The translations under genes were made by a program, and so were the position numbers. A model generated the notes under the pieces. It did no database searches. It was not told the origin of the DNA and saw only the letters and a program-made list of their open reading frames with translations. Below, one piece after another: positions 24,024 through 36,895 of a stretch of 64,000 bases of DNA. Position 1 is the stretch's first letter, and each line of letters begins with the position of its first letter. Source of the DNA: Botryllus schlosseri (taxonomy: Eukaryota); the NCBI GenBank assembly GCA_051294905.1, contig CM119372.1:18414001-18478000 (forward strand), in the 5' to 3' direction.

Positions 24024-26545
24024 CAGTGCTCTTCAACCGGGGTGGTCGTACACCCTAGGGTGTACCAGAATTTGCAAAGGGTGTACCACTCGGATGGGGT
24101 GTACAGGGGTGTACCAGATCCGAATTACAATGAGCCGATGGCTAGCTATCACAAAGGCAGGTTTATGGGTCAGGACAGGTTGACGCACAGGTTAATGAGC
24201 ATGCAGCACCGTAACTGCCACACCCCAAACCCCCCAATTGGGGGGGGGGGGGTGAGCTCAAAGGGGGCCCCAAATTATTTCGTGAATTAACATAAATTAT
24301 AGCGTATTTTTTTTAAATTTATGCAATTTTTTCCAAAATTTTTCGCGCGATTTAAAGTTGCCAATTATGTTCATTATTTGGTACTCTTACCCCAAGAAAA
24401 AACACGCAACATTTATAGAAATGGACATATCGGCGTTGGCCATTAACACGTCACCACGCACCAAGATATATAATGATTTAGTACTTATTAGATGCGACTC
24501 CAAGAAGTGTGCCAGAACGATCGGCAGCGCGAAAAGCTTGGCCGAAACGGACTGCCCTTACGCAGACTGAAAACTTCGTTATATATACCAAATAATAGGT
24601 TAAATTGTCCATAGGCGCCTAAATGACTGGCGCCATATGTTCCTGTCTTTGCAATCTGAACCTCAGAAGACAAATACCATCCAGCAAGAAAAAAATATAT
24701 GCCAGTGAAGAAATACCAATTTGAAATCGTGTGCGTCTTTTAGTTTAGTACGTTAGAGCAATTTTATATTTTTGATATAGCAGACAGGAGGTCACGAAAT
24801 AAAATCATGTAACGAAGTCATACCAACGGGTCCGCCCACCCGAAAATGTTTAATTATTATTTATGGGCCCTACAGTTTCCGGTAAATCTGATAACATGAG
24901 CAGAGAGGACAAGATATTGATAGCAATATATATGCAATGCAATCTTATTGGCCGATTGTATCATGAATTATCGAAAATTTTCGCGCTTCGAGCTGGCACA
25001 CTAAACAGTGCAGCAAATTTCTCGACAAAAGCGAACACTGTGATGAGGGGTCGGTTTATCACCCTATGAGAACCCAAAACCCAAGTTATTGTGGGGGGGC
25101 GGGGCTGACGAAGTGCTGTTTAGTTCCTGCCAACGGGTATACGCCCAAAGATGTCTAATTATTATTGGGATGTCCTACAATTTTAAAACAGACTTCGCTC
25201 AGCTCTACCGGTAAATCTGATTACGTGAGCAGAGAGAGGATCAAAATTTATAGCAATATATATGTAATTCCCGATCATATTGCCCGATTACATTCTTGAA
25301 TTACTGAAATTATTCGCGCTTCGCGCGTCTAGGCGGGAAAAGCGGTCTCACATAACGTACACCCAGTGAAGATGTGAAATAGCGTCAAAACGCGGATAGC
25401 GAAGCCCCCATAAGTTAGGTTTATCACCCCATGGGGGCCCTAGGCCAACGATTTGGGGGGGAGCTGACGAAGTGCTGTTACGGCCCTGTGAGCATGGTAC
25501 GATGTTATCTCAAGTGTAATACTGTACACCGTTTGATTGTGATGTCATAAGCACAAATCTCCCGTAATCATTTAGCCGTCGGCAATAGACCAATGGCTCC
25601 GTTTGGTGTTGGAAAGTATGCAGTTAACAAACATGTGTTCAGCTAGTCATTTGTCTTTTAGTGATTTTTGAGGACTCCGCCGCGATAGCTCAGACTTCTT
25701 GAATCGGTACTTCATACCCGACGTTAATAAATACCGCAATGAAAATAAAAAAGTGACGTAGCCAGCCAGGGTCGAAACAGCATCCATGATGAAATCGAAA
25801 CCCTTTTGTTTTAAAATGCCGATGTTATGTCCAATATTTCGCCATACATTTGTAATTTAATATTTTGTTACTAGTGATGCAAATTAGCGACAATAGACTG
25901 TGTATAGCGACATAGGATCTGGGGTTACTGACATCTCATGCAGCCCATGTGCTTCTGTCGACTGTGTGTGGTGTGGGGCAGGCCTGATACGCAGTAGGCT
26001 GGTGCGCCTGCTATCATCGCTGATCTGAATTACCGCTTCTGCAGCAGTAGCTTTACCTATTCTCTCCCCAATACTGTTACATTTAGGTTGATTATCGTTC
26101 GTAATGTCATGCTGTTTTGGGGCTGACACGAAATAAATTCCAATTTGCGTGACAGGCGGCCTAACTGGCGGCGAATAGACTCTGTGACCAAATACTATTT
26201 TATTCAAATCCAAATTTTTGACGGCAATAACTCCGCTTCTACTGGTTGGAATTGAACCAAATTTGAAGAACATCGTTTTTATAGACAACATAATACTTTC
26301 ATCGGGTGAACAGAAAAATTTCAAATTTTTCGTTATTTATTTTTCCCGTAGCAATGCGGCTACTGGTTGGAATCGAACCAAATTTGGTGTGTAGGCCTAA
26401 ATTAGGTAACCTAACAATTTTATCAAGTAGCCAGTACGATTTGAGAAAAAAAGTCATTTTTGAAGACCCCTAATGAACAGGGGTGTACGAGTTTTGAGCA
26501 AACGTTAAAAGGGTGTACCACTCCGAAAAAGGTTGAAGAGCACTG
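24024..26545 (+). mobile_element. complete non-autonomous hAT element with nested insertions
   Basis: Perfect 15-bp TIR CAGTGCTCTTCAACC / GGTTGAAGAGCACTG; perfect TSD GTATAACG (24016-24023, 26546-26553). Confidence 0.9.
24204..25488. mobile_element. 1285-bp hAT element nested in the 24024 element
   Basis: TIRs CAGCACCGTAAC / GTTACGGCCCTG; perfect TSD TGAGCATG (24196-24203, 25489-25496); diverged internal duplication of about 300 bp near the 3' end. Confidence 0.85.
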
Positions 26546-26868
26546 GTATAACGTACAATCATTGAATTGCTGATTTTTCTCAAAGGTCACTCGAGCATAT
26601 CGCGAGCAATCCGATTTATTCGACACCGATTACTTGGACCGACGACTTGGAATTAACTCGTAAGTATTGCTCCTAGTCACAAGTCAATCTACATTCCTGA
26701 AACGCCGAGTCAAGTCAAGTCAAGTCATTTTAAAGAAAAAGTTGACTCGAGTCACCCCCACACTGTCACATGCATATGAAAACGATGGTTCGAACTGTAT
26801 AGGTTACGAACTCAGCGTGGCTTGGGGCCGGAGTTACAATATATTCCTCATTAATATTGGTAAGTTTA

Positions 26869-26915
26869 TTCCCTCCGAGCATTTCGACTGACTCTCATCA
26901 GGAGCGAACGTCAGT
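26869..26915 (-). ncRNA. minimal type-I hammerhead ribozyme-like motif
   Basis: Minus strand reads ACTGAC GTTCGCTC CTGATGA G AGTCAGT C GAAA TGC TC GGAGGGAA. Core intact; stem I imperfect; 5' ACTGAC is complementary to loop GTCAGT. Confidence 0.55.
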
Positions 26916-28804
26916 AAATGCGGCTAACCAAATTCGAATTATAGAAAGAATTTTGTCGCTGTTACGCAATGATAACAGTATCTAGAATCCAGATCAGTGC
27001 TCTTCAGCCGGCTGTATTGTACACCCGAAGCCAGAGGTTCTCAAAGTATTGGTGGCATTATGAACATGGGTCGTGAGGGGGTAAATTTGAGTCACGGCCG
27101 CACCAAAGCGATAGCTTAATGCAGTTGTTGGCAACCCGTGATCCGTGCGAAATTCGTTACTGGCTGGCGAAAAGTTCGTATACTTTTGCATAGTGGTCAA
27201 AATCCCCTGATAAAATATTCTCTATATTGGAAACATATGTGCTACTGCCTTACTGGGCCCCCTTTAACGACTTTATAGTGTAGAAGTTGTTAAACTTTTT
27301 GCAACTCACGGGGGGTCAATCGTAATGGGCGTCCATTCGCGCAGAAATCTCGTCGAAATCCACAGAAATCGCGAGTATTAAAGTTATGAAAATTTATCTG
27401 GATTTTTTATTTTAGCCACGCGGAAATGCCAACATAATTCTTGCGTGAGACGTGCACGATACCAAATTGGTATTCCGATGGCGTGCATCATTTTTCTAAG
27501 CGTTTCGCATCTCATATAACAAGCGCATGCACTCCAATTGGAAATTGAAGTCGCACCGAGTCGCAGGAAGCGCGAGTTTATTTGAATTTTTGAGCTCATA
27601 TGTAAATTCAAATTGCATGAATTACGTGTGGCAGCATAATTTTCTGCGGCCGCAAGTTGACCACCCTTGTTATTGAAGGGTGCTTTTACTTTGTGCATGT
27701 CTACCATGTACGCTATGTCGGCTATGTCACAACTATCTCAGTAGAAAATCACCTCCGGAACATACCAATATGCAGTGTGTAATGCTCCTGAGTGTCCGCC
27801 TAAATATTTTACGGTAATTTGTAGACCAGGAGCACGGGCATGACGAAAATGCCACGAAACTTTCATCAAATCCGCCAAATCAAGTGTATGATCAAACGTG
27901 ATCCGAAAAATCGCGCGAAGGGAGGATGTTGCGGCATAAAACCGTTCTGTTAGTCTTATGGAGCTACATTAATTCGAAAGTGGTTTATACGACCTGGGGT
28001 GATTTAAAGCAAAGCGTGCAGTTTGTGGGTCTGTCTTTCTAACGCCACACAGCTGTGACATACCCGACATATTACTGCTATTGCTGTGTTACACTAACTC
28101 GTTTCGATGTCAAAGTAAAATTTGTCTGATGTTAGGTTTCTCTTTAAAGCTCTTACTTTCCCCGGTAATAAGTGGGCCGGGTAGAGGGAGAAAGAGTTGA
28201 TGTCCAACTTGCTGCGGGCAAACCACCGACATCACAGCAACGTCTTCCCACTGTCTTGACACAAGTTACTTAGCGGGTAAAATGAACAAAAACTTTATAG
28301 AAGTCCAGATCTAAGTAATTTCAACATTTTGCATGCCAAGGGCGCGCGTTGGTTTTCTCGAAACACTAAAAAATGTTAAGTGTAAGTATAGAAGTATAGT
28401 CAAAACACAATCACTTGACTAAGTAGTGCAAGTGGGCAAAAAATACAATGCCTACTAGAGTACGCCGAAAAGAAGCACTTCGTCACTCACTACCTCTGGT
28501 TGTTTGCACCTTCCCTATTTCGTACATACTGACATTAGAAATTGATTTCCTTCGGTGTGTGAAGCTTGGGTTGCGAAATGTTAATAAACGCCAGATGTAG
28601 GTCACGCTTTAAATATTTTGAGAGCCATCACGGCCTGAGGTGTACCGTAACTTTTAAAGGGCATACCACAAGTTTGGACTGAAACAAAAAACGTTTTTGA
28701 CTTGAAACTGACAGATTTTTTCATAAAAAAAACTAATATTTCAACGAAATCTGGCTCTATGAAGAATTCCAGTTGTTACATCACGTTTTAATTAATGTTA
28801 ATAA

Positions 28805-29034
28805 TTAGAATTTGTTGCAGTACAACGGAAGATACTTTCCTACATTCTCGGGTAGAAAATGTCTGTCCTTACTAAGTTGCTTGCCAAGAATGGAGAAAGA
28901 ACGTTCAACAGTAGCAGTTGTTGGCTGACAACACTGAAGCTGTGAGCACACTGCTGTTGACACACCGTGTTGCTTCATTCTGACAACGTGGTCTATACAT
29001 CACAATATTTCATCATGCGCTTCTTGATATAAGA
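28805..29034 (-). pseudogene. hAT-like transposase C-terminal relic
   Basis: Reads LQCCQPTTATVERSFSILGKQLSKDRHFLPENV...NKF*, a P.T...VERSFS dimerization-domain motif; upstream part has stops and a frameshift. Confidence 0.7.
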
Positions 29035-29481
29035 ACTATGCAATGGCCAAGCAGTCTTGCTTCAGTTAGGATATTGTGGTACGTTGACCATAACACCATG
29101 TCAACGTATTTGTTTCATTTGACCGTTTATGATTCACAATGAACAGACAATGGGCCGTCTACAACGGTAGACCTATAAAGTAGGCTACAAGCTGTAAAAT
29201 ATCAAATGATAAGTTCACCGACAGTACAAAATCGACGATACAAACGAAATGCAGAGGTCAAAAGTTTTTTGACTTTGTAAACAATTTTGACAAATTTTGT
29301 CCTAACGCTACAATTTTGACCAAATTTTGACTTATTTTGACATGTCAAAAAAAATCGCCCTCGTGATGAATGATTCATTATGGAGTAGAACACGATGGAG
29401 TCACATGCACCATGCTTGCGACTTGCATGTTCAATTGATTCTCAAGGAGCCTCTGCGATAGTTCAGACTTCTTGGAGCACC

Positions 29482-29725
29482 GAGCGAGATAGTGTGATGT
29501 GGTTGTGCGTCCGGCTTCTCGCTCGGTAGGTCGTGGGTTCGACCGGCCGGGTCAGACCAAAGACTCGAAAACTGGTATCCGCGGCTATCCTGCTAGGCGC
29601 TCGGCAATCACGGATAGCATGGAGGAGAAAAAACCGGGGGTGCAGACTAGATGACCTTACTATAAAGGCCGTATCGCATCTCCGTCGTCAAAGCATCTCG
29701 ATGGTGCAGGCGAAAAAGAATACCA

Positions 29726-29762
<37 letters not shown>
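29482..29762 (+). mobile_element. tRNA-derived SINE (family 1) with (CT)n tail
   Basis: A-box-like TAGTGTGATGTGG, B-box GGGTTCGACC, then GGCCGGGTCAGACCAAAGACT; the head is shared with copies at 35.4-35.6 and 55.6-55.8 kb. The body resembles the MetaSINE central domain (from memory, unverified). Confidence 0.7.
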
Positions 29763-29764
<2 letters not shown>

Positions 29765-32700
29765 ATCGGTAAATCCTGCCTGACGATTAAAAATAGTGCA
29801 ATATGCATAAGCAATATCCATAATAGAGTGTTTACTGTTCAATGACCTTTAACCCTTCACCAAGGTGTCAGCACGAAAATCATCAGGTAATTTACTGCGC
29901 ATTCTTATGGTGCTAACCCTATAATTCCAGGTTATAGCTTATGCCCGACGATGAATGATATGGAACCCAAAACGGTCAGTAGTTTCTTGCCAATATACTC
30001 TTCACTTATTTCCCTTTTCAATCGAGTAGGTCTATGCATGTTGACTAAATGACCGTTCACGCCTTGATAAATTGACCGTGAAAATGCTTTATACATTTGC
30101 ATACAAACGATATAGAAATCGCACCAATTCTGCTCAACAGTGGGGTTATGAGAAACAGGAAAATATCAAGGTCGAACGAGTGTAACTGTATAGTGTATAT
30201 GTTCATTGAATTACGAAGTCTTAACATATTGACATGAAATTAATCATCGATGTACTGTCATTTCACAATGCATAATGCGAGCCTTGAGTAATGCGGGCGG
30301 CTTATATCGAAAACTATCGGTTTGTTTACTATACCGTGTCATTGGCCAGAGATGGTACTTTCGTCTTCAAAACAATCCTAAATTTCAACAAGCAAATTGT
30401 GTAAGAGTCGTTACGGAACCACGTACACACTATGAGTATTGTCGATCTCAATACGACCCTCGAGTCAAGTGCCTAAAATCACACGAATATCCAGTCATTG
30501 TATTAGACGAAATTTCACTATACTTCTGACTCAGCAGTGCGAAGTAATGTTAGGGTAACAGGAGAAAAGATTATTCTGCTTTTACCAACACATGACAATT
30601 GCAGTTACAGATCCTGGGGACTGTTACAACAATTATCATACAACGAAATATACGATGTCACGGCCTGATATCGTGGTCGGCGGTGAGATTGAGCGGAGAT
30701 ACCGTCGGCACGATGCAACCCTCGATTATATATGACGATATCTTGGGAAAGTCAAGCTCTTATCTCTCAATTCGTTGTAGGAAATTGGAAAATCAAGTAC
30801 TTGACAAGTTCTTAACTAACCAACGGTATATGTTTGTTTGAAATGGAATACTATAACCCTAAATGTCGGTTTTCACTTCTCAGTGGCGTGTGTTACTGAG
30901 TGAGTTACTGACCTAATAAAACGGAAGTAGGCTAGAGGTTGCTTAAATTAAATATTTTGCTATTCATGATTGTAATCAAGCGGGACAATCGAATGATATG
31001 CGTGGTCGATTGCGACAAATAATGCTCGAGAAATGCCCTGATTGTAGCTACAGTAATTTGCACAACCATTGTTTATTATGCAGTATGTGAGTATATGATG
31101 TTACGATTATAATCAGTATCCGTATGCATTATGATGCTCTACAAAACACGAAGGGATAAACAAGTTTCATAGTTGAAATATAAATTATGTTTTGACAAAC
31201 AATCGTGAATAAATTAAATGGAGAAACCTATTTAGACCTGTCATGGTTTCGCATAATCAAGAACAACAATGATAATGGAAATTCCTTCGAGCATAACTCC
31301 ATAAAGCCCGCATCCCAACAGTAGTTAATCTCACATCTATCGAACATATCAATTGTTATGACATTATCAAAGATTAATCACTCCAACATGGGATTACACC
31401 AAGTATACGACTGGGAAGATGGACTAAAAATACATTGAAACAAAAGCAACTATTTGAAAAATAACAATTCCTCATTGAGATAAAAGCACAAGACGTCAAA
31501 CCTATCAATACATCCCTGAAGGCGGTTTTGATAATAAAGAAACACTTCCTTGCCGTAATATATGAGTGGTATACGCCTATCCAACTGCCTAAGCACAGAT
31601 ACAATCATACAATATTATTACACGTTTGTCTGTTTCGGAATGAATTGAAATTGTTAGCCTCCGACACGGTTCACACACTGTAAACTGAAATCTAAGAAAG
31701 TAGATTTTCCAGATTTTCACAATGACAAGATTGGACGTAAATCAGTTTGCGGGTCTTTTCGATGCAATACTAAACTTTTACGCCCATTCATTCCAGCTAG
31801 CGTAAATAGCAAACGAGCCAAATACACGCATTCGTATGAGCGGATGTGCACCGGGTCGGGTGAGATGGTTTGACTTTGGTAACACCACCCCAAGAAGGCG
31901 AAAAACGGGTATCACACTTGAACTGACCCCGCACGTCATCCAACGTATACCGTAACACCTCATTCTATTGAAATATTTAGCTCTTTTGTTCCATCTGGTA
32001 TAGATGAAAAGGTGGAATCGCGTACAGAGAACGGGCCTCTGAATTGATTTAGCCCGAGCACGCTATGATGAATATCTGGTAATTCCAACTGTTATCCTGC
32101 TATTTCATTTATAGTGCACGGTATGATCTCCCAATTACGGACGGGCAACAGATCGAATGCTAAGCTCCTAACGTCACCGTATGTTTAACTTGTGAAGTGC
32201 GGGAGGTTCATGATTGGGGAGGCAGATCGCCTTTTAGAATTTAATTCTCAACTTGGCAAGGTGAAAGGGTTAGCTAATTCAGTTGGCCACTTATTAGCAC
32301 TCTCACAAGCAGACAACGTTAGAAGGTAGTACGTATCTACAATTGAACGAAGGTATGAAAAATACATAACAGCTACATCCGTAAGAGAAGTATTTGCTAT
32401 ATACAAACAATCGGGGGCAAGATTATCTTGTGCTTCCCCTTTGGTTCACTGGGCTGCCATTATACGTAACAAAGTCTTATGTCATTTTGGAACAATAAAT
32501 ATGCAAATTGTATAATTTTGGGTGCAAACATGTTCAGAATTAGACATTCATAGAAACATCAGATGATAAATGTCCCGTTTTCACGATTTTCTTCTACCTA
32601 TCCTGACGACAAGTGAGAACTGATTGATTGATACTGTCTGACTTGCCTCCCCTGTGTTTACCGCATGATAATTCATTTCGCCTTACGAAATAGTCGAAAT

Positions 32701-32805
32701 AATACACTCACCCTTACCCTATATACACGATACGGGAATGCGAATACCGTTATTCGAATTTTACTGTTCTCGTACTATGTCAGAGAAATAAACAGAGTAA
32801 CTTAC

Positions 32806-32928
32806 TGAGCGGAGCGAAGCCGTTTTCCTGGGCAAATCCGTATCTGATGCGAATGAACTTCTCGAACGATGCGCACACGTACGATTCTCCGTCCTTGAGT
32901 TCCTCGATATCTTGCACCAACGTCCCAC
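32806..32928 (-). CDS. N-type DCX domain, final exon (GTLVQDIEELKDGESYVCASFEKFIRIRYGFAQENGFAPL)
   Basis: DCX motif I.EL.DGESYVCAS; acceptor gcattatAG, donor GTAAGT; phase 1-1. Confidence 0.9.
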
Positions 32929-32987
32929 CTATAATGCCCGTCTATGTTATATAAATTGTTTATATATGGGGAGAAAGGACGTCAGCG

Positions 32988-33923
32988 CAGGGTATGGTAT
33001 GGTATGGTATGGAATGGAATAGGAATTTTCCATACTCCATACCCGCCCAATCGTTCCATACCATACTTGACAATTTTCCATACCATAGCAACATTCTTCC
33101 ATACCATATTTGATACTTTTTCCATACTTTCGCAACTTGCTCAAACTCTCAAGTGATATTCTATTTTTGATATGTGTGTACAAGTACAGCGGATCAAATG
33201 TCCATTTTTCTCGACAATCCGTGGGCCACATATTAGATTCATTAGCCAAGATCAGTATGTCTGTTCCTTTATCAGAGATAACCAAATTTCATATCGTATA
33301 GCGTCGCTCCTAGACAAGCTACATATTTTTGAATTATGCAATGATGGTTATGTCAAATAGATATTGCGTGATGATAATGCCGCATAAGCGCAGAAAATTA
33401 TCTCCAAGTTCAACAAATTGATAAAAATATTCATGTAACTTTTACATTCTCAGAATCTACGATTTTAAAACTCCCTTGGTAGTTTACGGAGTAGCAGTTG
33501 CGATATGCGAGCTGCAAGTTGTAACGCGACAGCGGTTGAGTATAACTCGTTTTTATGATTAGATTTGATTTGGATATTCATTATTAATATTATTTCCCTT
33601 CATATGCGCGTATAGCGCTACTTTTTTTGTCTTCAAACTTCAAATAGATGTCGACCGGGGTGGGTGAGTGATAAATCGCAATTTGAAATATGAACATGGA
33701 CAGTGAGCGATTTTCTAAGGTGTGCGATCAATTTGACAATTCGAAAGTAGGAGCATTGTCATGATTCTGGCAAAACTGCCAAAGTATGGAAAAGTATGGA
33801 AGTATGGAAACAACATTCCATACCATACTTGTGAAATTTCCATACCATACCATTCTTGCACTCTTCCATATTCCATACCCAAATTTCGTTCCATACCATA
33901 CCATACTTCCATACCATGCCCTG
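32988..33923. mobile_element. 936-bp hAT-type MITE with CCATA/TATGG subterminal repeats
   Basis: Ends CAGGGTATGGTATGG and CCATACCATGCCCTG; flanks GTCAGCG/GTCAGCA (near-TSD). Confidence 0.75.
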
Positions 33924-34369
33924 GTCAGCAGTTGATCGTAAAATTTTGTAGGCTTATAACTGTTAGCGTGATTGCTGAAACGGTTGATGACAAGAATGAT
34001 CTGCAAACTTTAATTTGGAAGTCTATTTTCGTGTCCACCATCGAGGTGCTGTGACGGTAGTAGGATATACAATGAATGTACCAACTGGGCCATTTAGTCC
34101 AATGGATGTAGCGCCACATCAAAGCTCTGTCCCACAAACGTTCCGCGACCATGTCGATTTTGCTCGTGATATGCATGGAAACCAATCCAGCAGCTTCAAG
34201 CTTTAAGTATTGCAATTTGTAAAACATATAATGAACGCATCAATAGACCGGTCATACTGCATGATTAGTGCGCAAAGCGATTCGAGGAATATGTTGTTTA
34301 ATGTGGCATTGACGGTATTTTTCGACTAAAATGGCCATTTACACAAGGCCGATATTATTTATTATGATT

Positions 34370-34535
34370 CCGTAGCTGTCGACTTGTAGCACCGACCACT
34401 TCTAGGCTTTTTTATGACACCGCTTACACGGATCAGATGGCGAGGAGAAGCCTATAAATACTGCTCCAGCACGTAGGAAGGGATTCCGGAGTAGATCTCG
34501 GACATATTCGAACCCGCAACCTATCAGTGATGCAG
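34370..34535 (-). mobile_element. SINE family 2 copy
   Basis: B-box GGGTTCGAAT on the minus strand; shared core GACACCGCTTACACGGAT with 47148-47310 and, in part, 61895-62035. Confidence 0.6.
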
Positions 34536-34592
34536 TGTTGGATCACATAACACCACACTGTCTGGCGAGATGGTATTTAGGGTCGTTTAGAG

Positions 34593-35410
34593 CGGTGGTT
34601 CTCAACCTTTTTGTTTTCGCGGATCCCGTTTGGACTGTCGCGGACCCCCGAGGACCCCCTCAAGTTTTCGTTCAAAATTTGCTCAATTATCGTGCAGCAG
34701 TCACCTGTCCTGTGCAAATATTAACTGTAGGCTTGTGAGAAACAGCCACAAAAATGACTTTTGGTGAAAATAACATCAAACTTTATGTAGAAATTGGGTA
34801 TACACTTTTATTATTTCAAAGCGGGTTTTGCAGCTGTATTCATTGTCTTCGATTTGATGTGAACGAGTGCCGAAAATATTTCTACAAAAATAGGCTCTGA
34901 CGAATGTAATATTAACGCATAACGCTTCCGACGACTCCTTTTGCTGTGATCGCAATATATAAGGCACCAAAATTGAGAAACATAGTTTTTATTGAACATA
35001 TAACGTCCAGCCTAGTCATTTCTATCTAGTATCACATTTTGAAGTTATTCTGGAATAGTGGTTATGTATATCACAAGAGAAAATGGATTTCTATCCCGTC
35101 ATTGGGACAAATTCAGAAATTTTTTTAGGAATTTATACTTCAAACGACCCTAACAAAACCTCTCTAAACAGCAATATGTTTGTATCAATAGGCTATTGTC
35201 AATTTGGCAATTAAAATAAGTTTGTACTGTAGGATATTTTATCTCAGGCGAACATTTTAATGATGTAAGTCTTGAAGTTTTGGCAATATGAATCGAAACT
35301 GTCTCATGCATTCCCTAATTTAAAAAATATTACAAATTAGGTTACCAATCATTTTACAAAAAGGTTTCGCAGACCCCCTGAAAATGCTTCGTTGGGCCCC
35401 TATGAGATGA
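34593..35410 (+). mobile_element. hAT-type MITE (GTGGTTCTCAACC family), 3' end degraded
   Basis: 5' CGGTGGTTCTCAACC, GGACCCC subterminal motifs, internal similarity to bases 1-150. Confidence 0.6.
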
Positions 35411-35600
35411 AGATGCGAAACCGGGTTGGGAAGAGAGGGAGAGAGAGATGCGAAGAAAACGCAAAGCTAGTATCACCACCGACATATTTCCTCTCCCCGC
35501 TAGGCCAAGTCAACAGGCAAGTCTTCGGGCTGACCCGGCCGTGGGTATACGAACCCATAGCCTACTGATCGAACATAGGACGCTCCACCACCTAATTAAC
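35410..35600 (-). mobile_element. tRNA-derived SINE family 1 copy
   Basis: Minus strand GGTGGTGGAGCGTCC...GGGTTCGTAT...GGCCGGGTCAGCCCGAAGACT. Confidence 0.55.
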
Positions 35601-35781
35601 TACGATGTACGTGGCGATGCATGTTCAACACTTTTCTTAGCTGTACATAGTTCTATTACATCCTTTGATGTCTACTATTAGCATCGTTGTTGGTTAATTT
35701 CCATCGTTATTGATAATTCTATTCAGCATGTCGTTTGCGTCAGAGTATTACGCACCGAGTTTAATTCAGGCCCCGCCTTAC

Positions 35782-35906
35782 CGATTGGTGTATAGATTTT
35801 CCTTACTCCGTACGGAAGTGACATGGACTTAGTGAGATCGGTCAGTAATTCGTCGAAGTGAAGGTAACGATGAGGAGTGATGTGTAGTGTTTTTCCTTTG
35901 AAATAT
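35782..35906 (-). CDS. N-type DCX domain, middle exon (YFKGKTLHITPHRYLHFDELLTDLTKSMSLPYGVRKIYTPI)
   Basis: DCX motifs YFKG, F..LL.DLT, LP.GVR.IYT; acceptor tctgtgtttAG, donor GTAAGG; phase 2-1. Confidence 0.92.
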
Positions 35907-36895
35907 CTAAACACAGAAACATCTAGATCAAAGTTGCTGTTGGCAAGGTAAAAGTATTGACGGTTAATTAATTGTGGCCGAACAAATGATCAAAGCGTAA
36001 ACTATATGTGTTTGGTAAGTTTAAGGGAGACTCGAAGAAACAGTTGACATTGCGGTCAAATTATTCGGAGTAGCCTGGAACTTTATATCCTTTTGCTAAA
36101 GGTTTATGTATCCACACGCCCATGTAGTAAGTCACGACAAAGCGAAAAACCACGAGGGGGCGATTTTGTGGTTGGATATGTAAATAAATAAGGCAAGATT
36201 CACATCTACATTCATCTGTCGAAGATAACCGCTGCGGGGCTCGAGGATCAAGTGTGAATTTTGATCCATTGGGGATAATTTGACATGATCAAGCTGAATT
36301 TGAGAAATAAGGTCAATTTTAGTTCCAATCATCAATTCACATCAAACACCACTAATGGTAATAGATCAAGGCAGACCGTGTCAACTTAACGCAGTAGATT
36401 TGTATCTGGAGATCGTGAAAAAGTAAATTGATCACATCTTATATTTAGTTCGATGATCTTTCTATTTCATTGTAATTTATGGGAGTCATGGCTGTGAACG
36501 AACTAGAGAGTTAGTTAACGAGGCTTCGAATTCGCGTGTTCTCCATGTGTCACAGCGTAAGAAATTTGTATTTAACAAACATGAAGTGAGTTTCTAAGCT
36601 TCAAGATTACAGTGAATGCAAATCCGAGACGAGCTATACCCTATTGCGACCTCGTTATGAAATCAATTCGCACGCATGGACAATTTGATCTCATCGATGG
36701 TGTTACAAACTTTTTCATTGCGCCGATGGCTTCTGATAAGAGTATTCCCGTCAAATGGATGTAAGTTTGATTCCAATGCGCCTGCATAACTTATTACTAC
36801 AGCTATAAATTGCTGAAGTATGAAATCGTTTAAATGTACTCGAGGGGAAAATTGTAAAAAACAATCCTGTAGCGTCAGTAAAAATAGAAATATAC

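Larger units (their letters stand above)
21179..26765. mobile_element. old hAT-type element hosting nested insertions
   Basis: Ends CAGTGTTGGGATCAC and GTCACCCCCACACTG (12/15 inverted match); degenerate TSD GCACCTGC/TCACATGC (6/8); GAGTCAAGTC subterminal repeats at both ends. Confidence 0.5.

Noticed and set aside
23018-24290. ORFs 23018-23362 and 24009-24290 sharing VYQNLQRVYHSDG...
   Set aside because: Identity comes from the inverted MITE copies; no coding features.
29482-29560. tRNA gene
   Set aside because: A/B boxes are present but there is no cloverleaf; it continues into a repeated body and (CT)n tail, so it is a SINE.
32944-34054. Tyr/Trp/Pro/His-rich ORFs
   Set aside because: They are translations of CCATA/TATGG repeats of a MITE.
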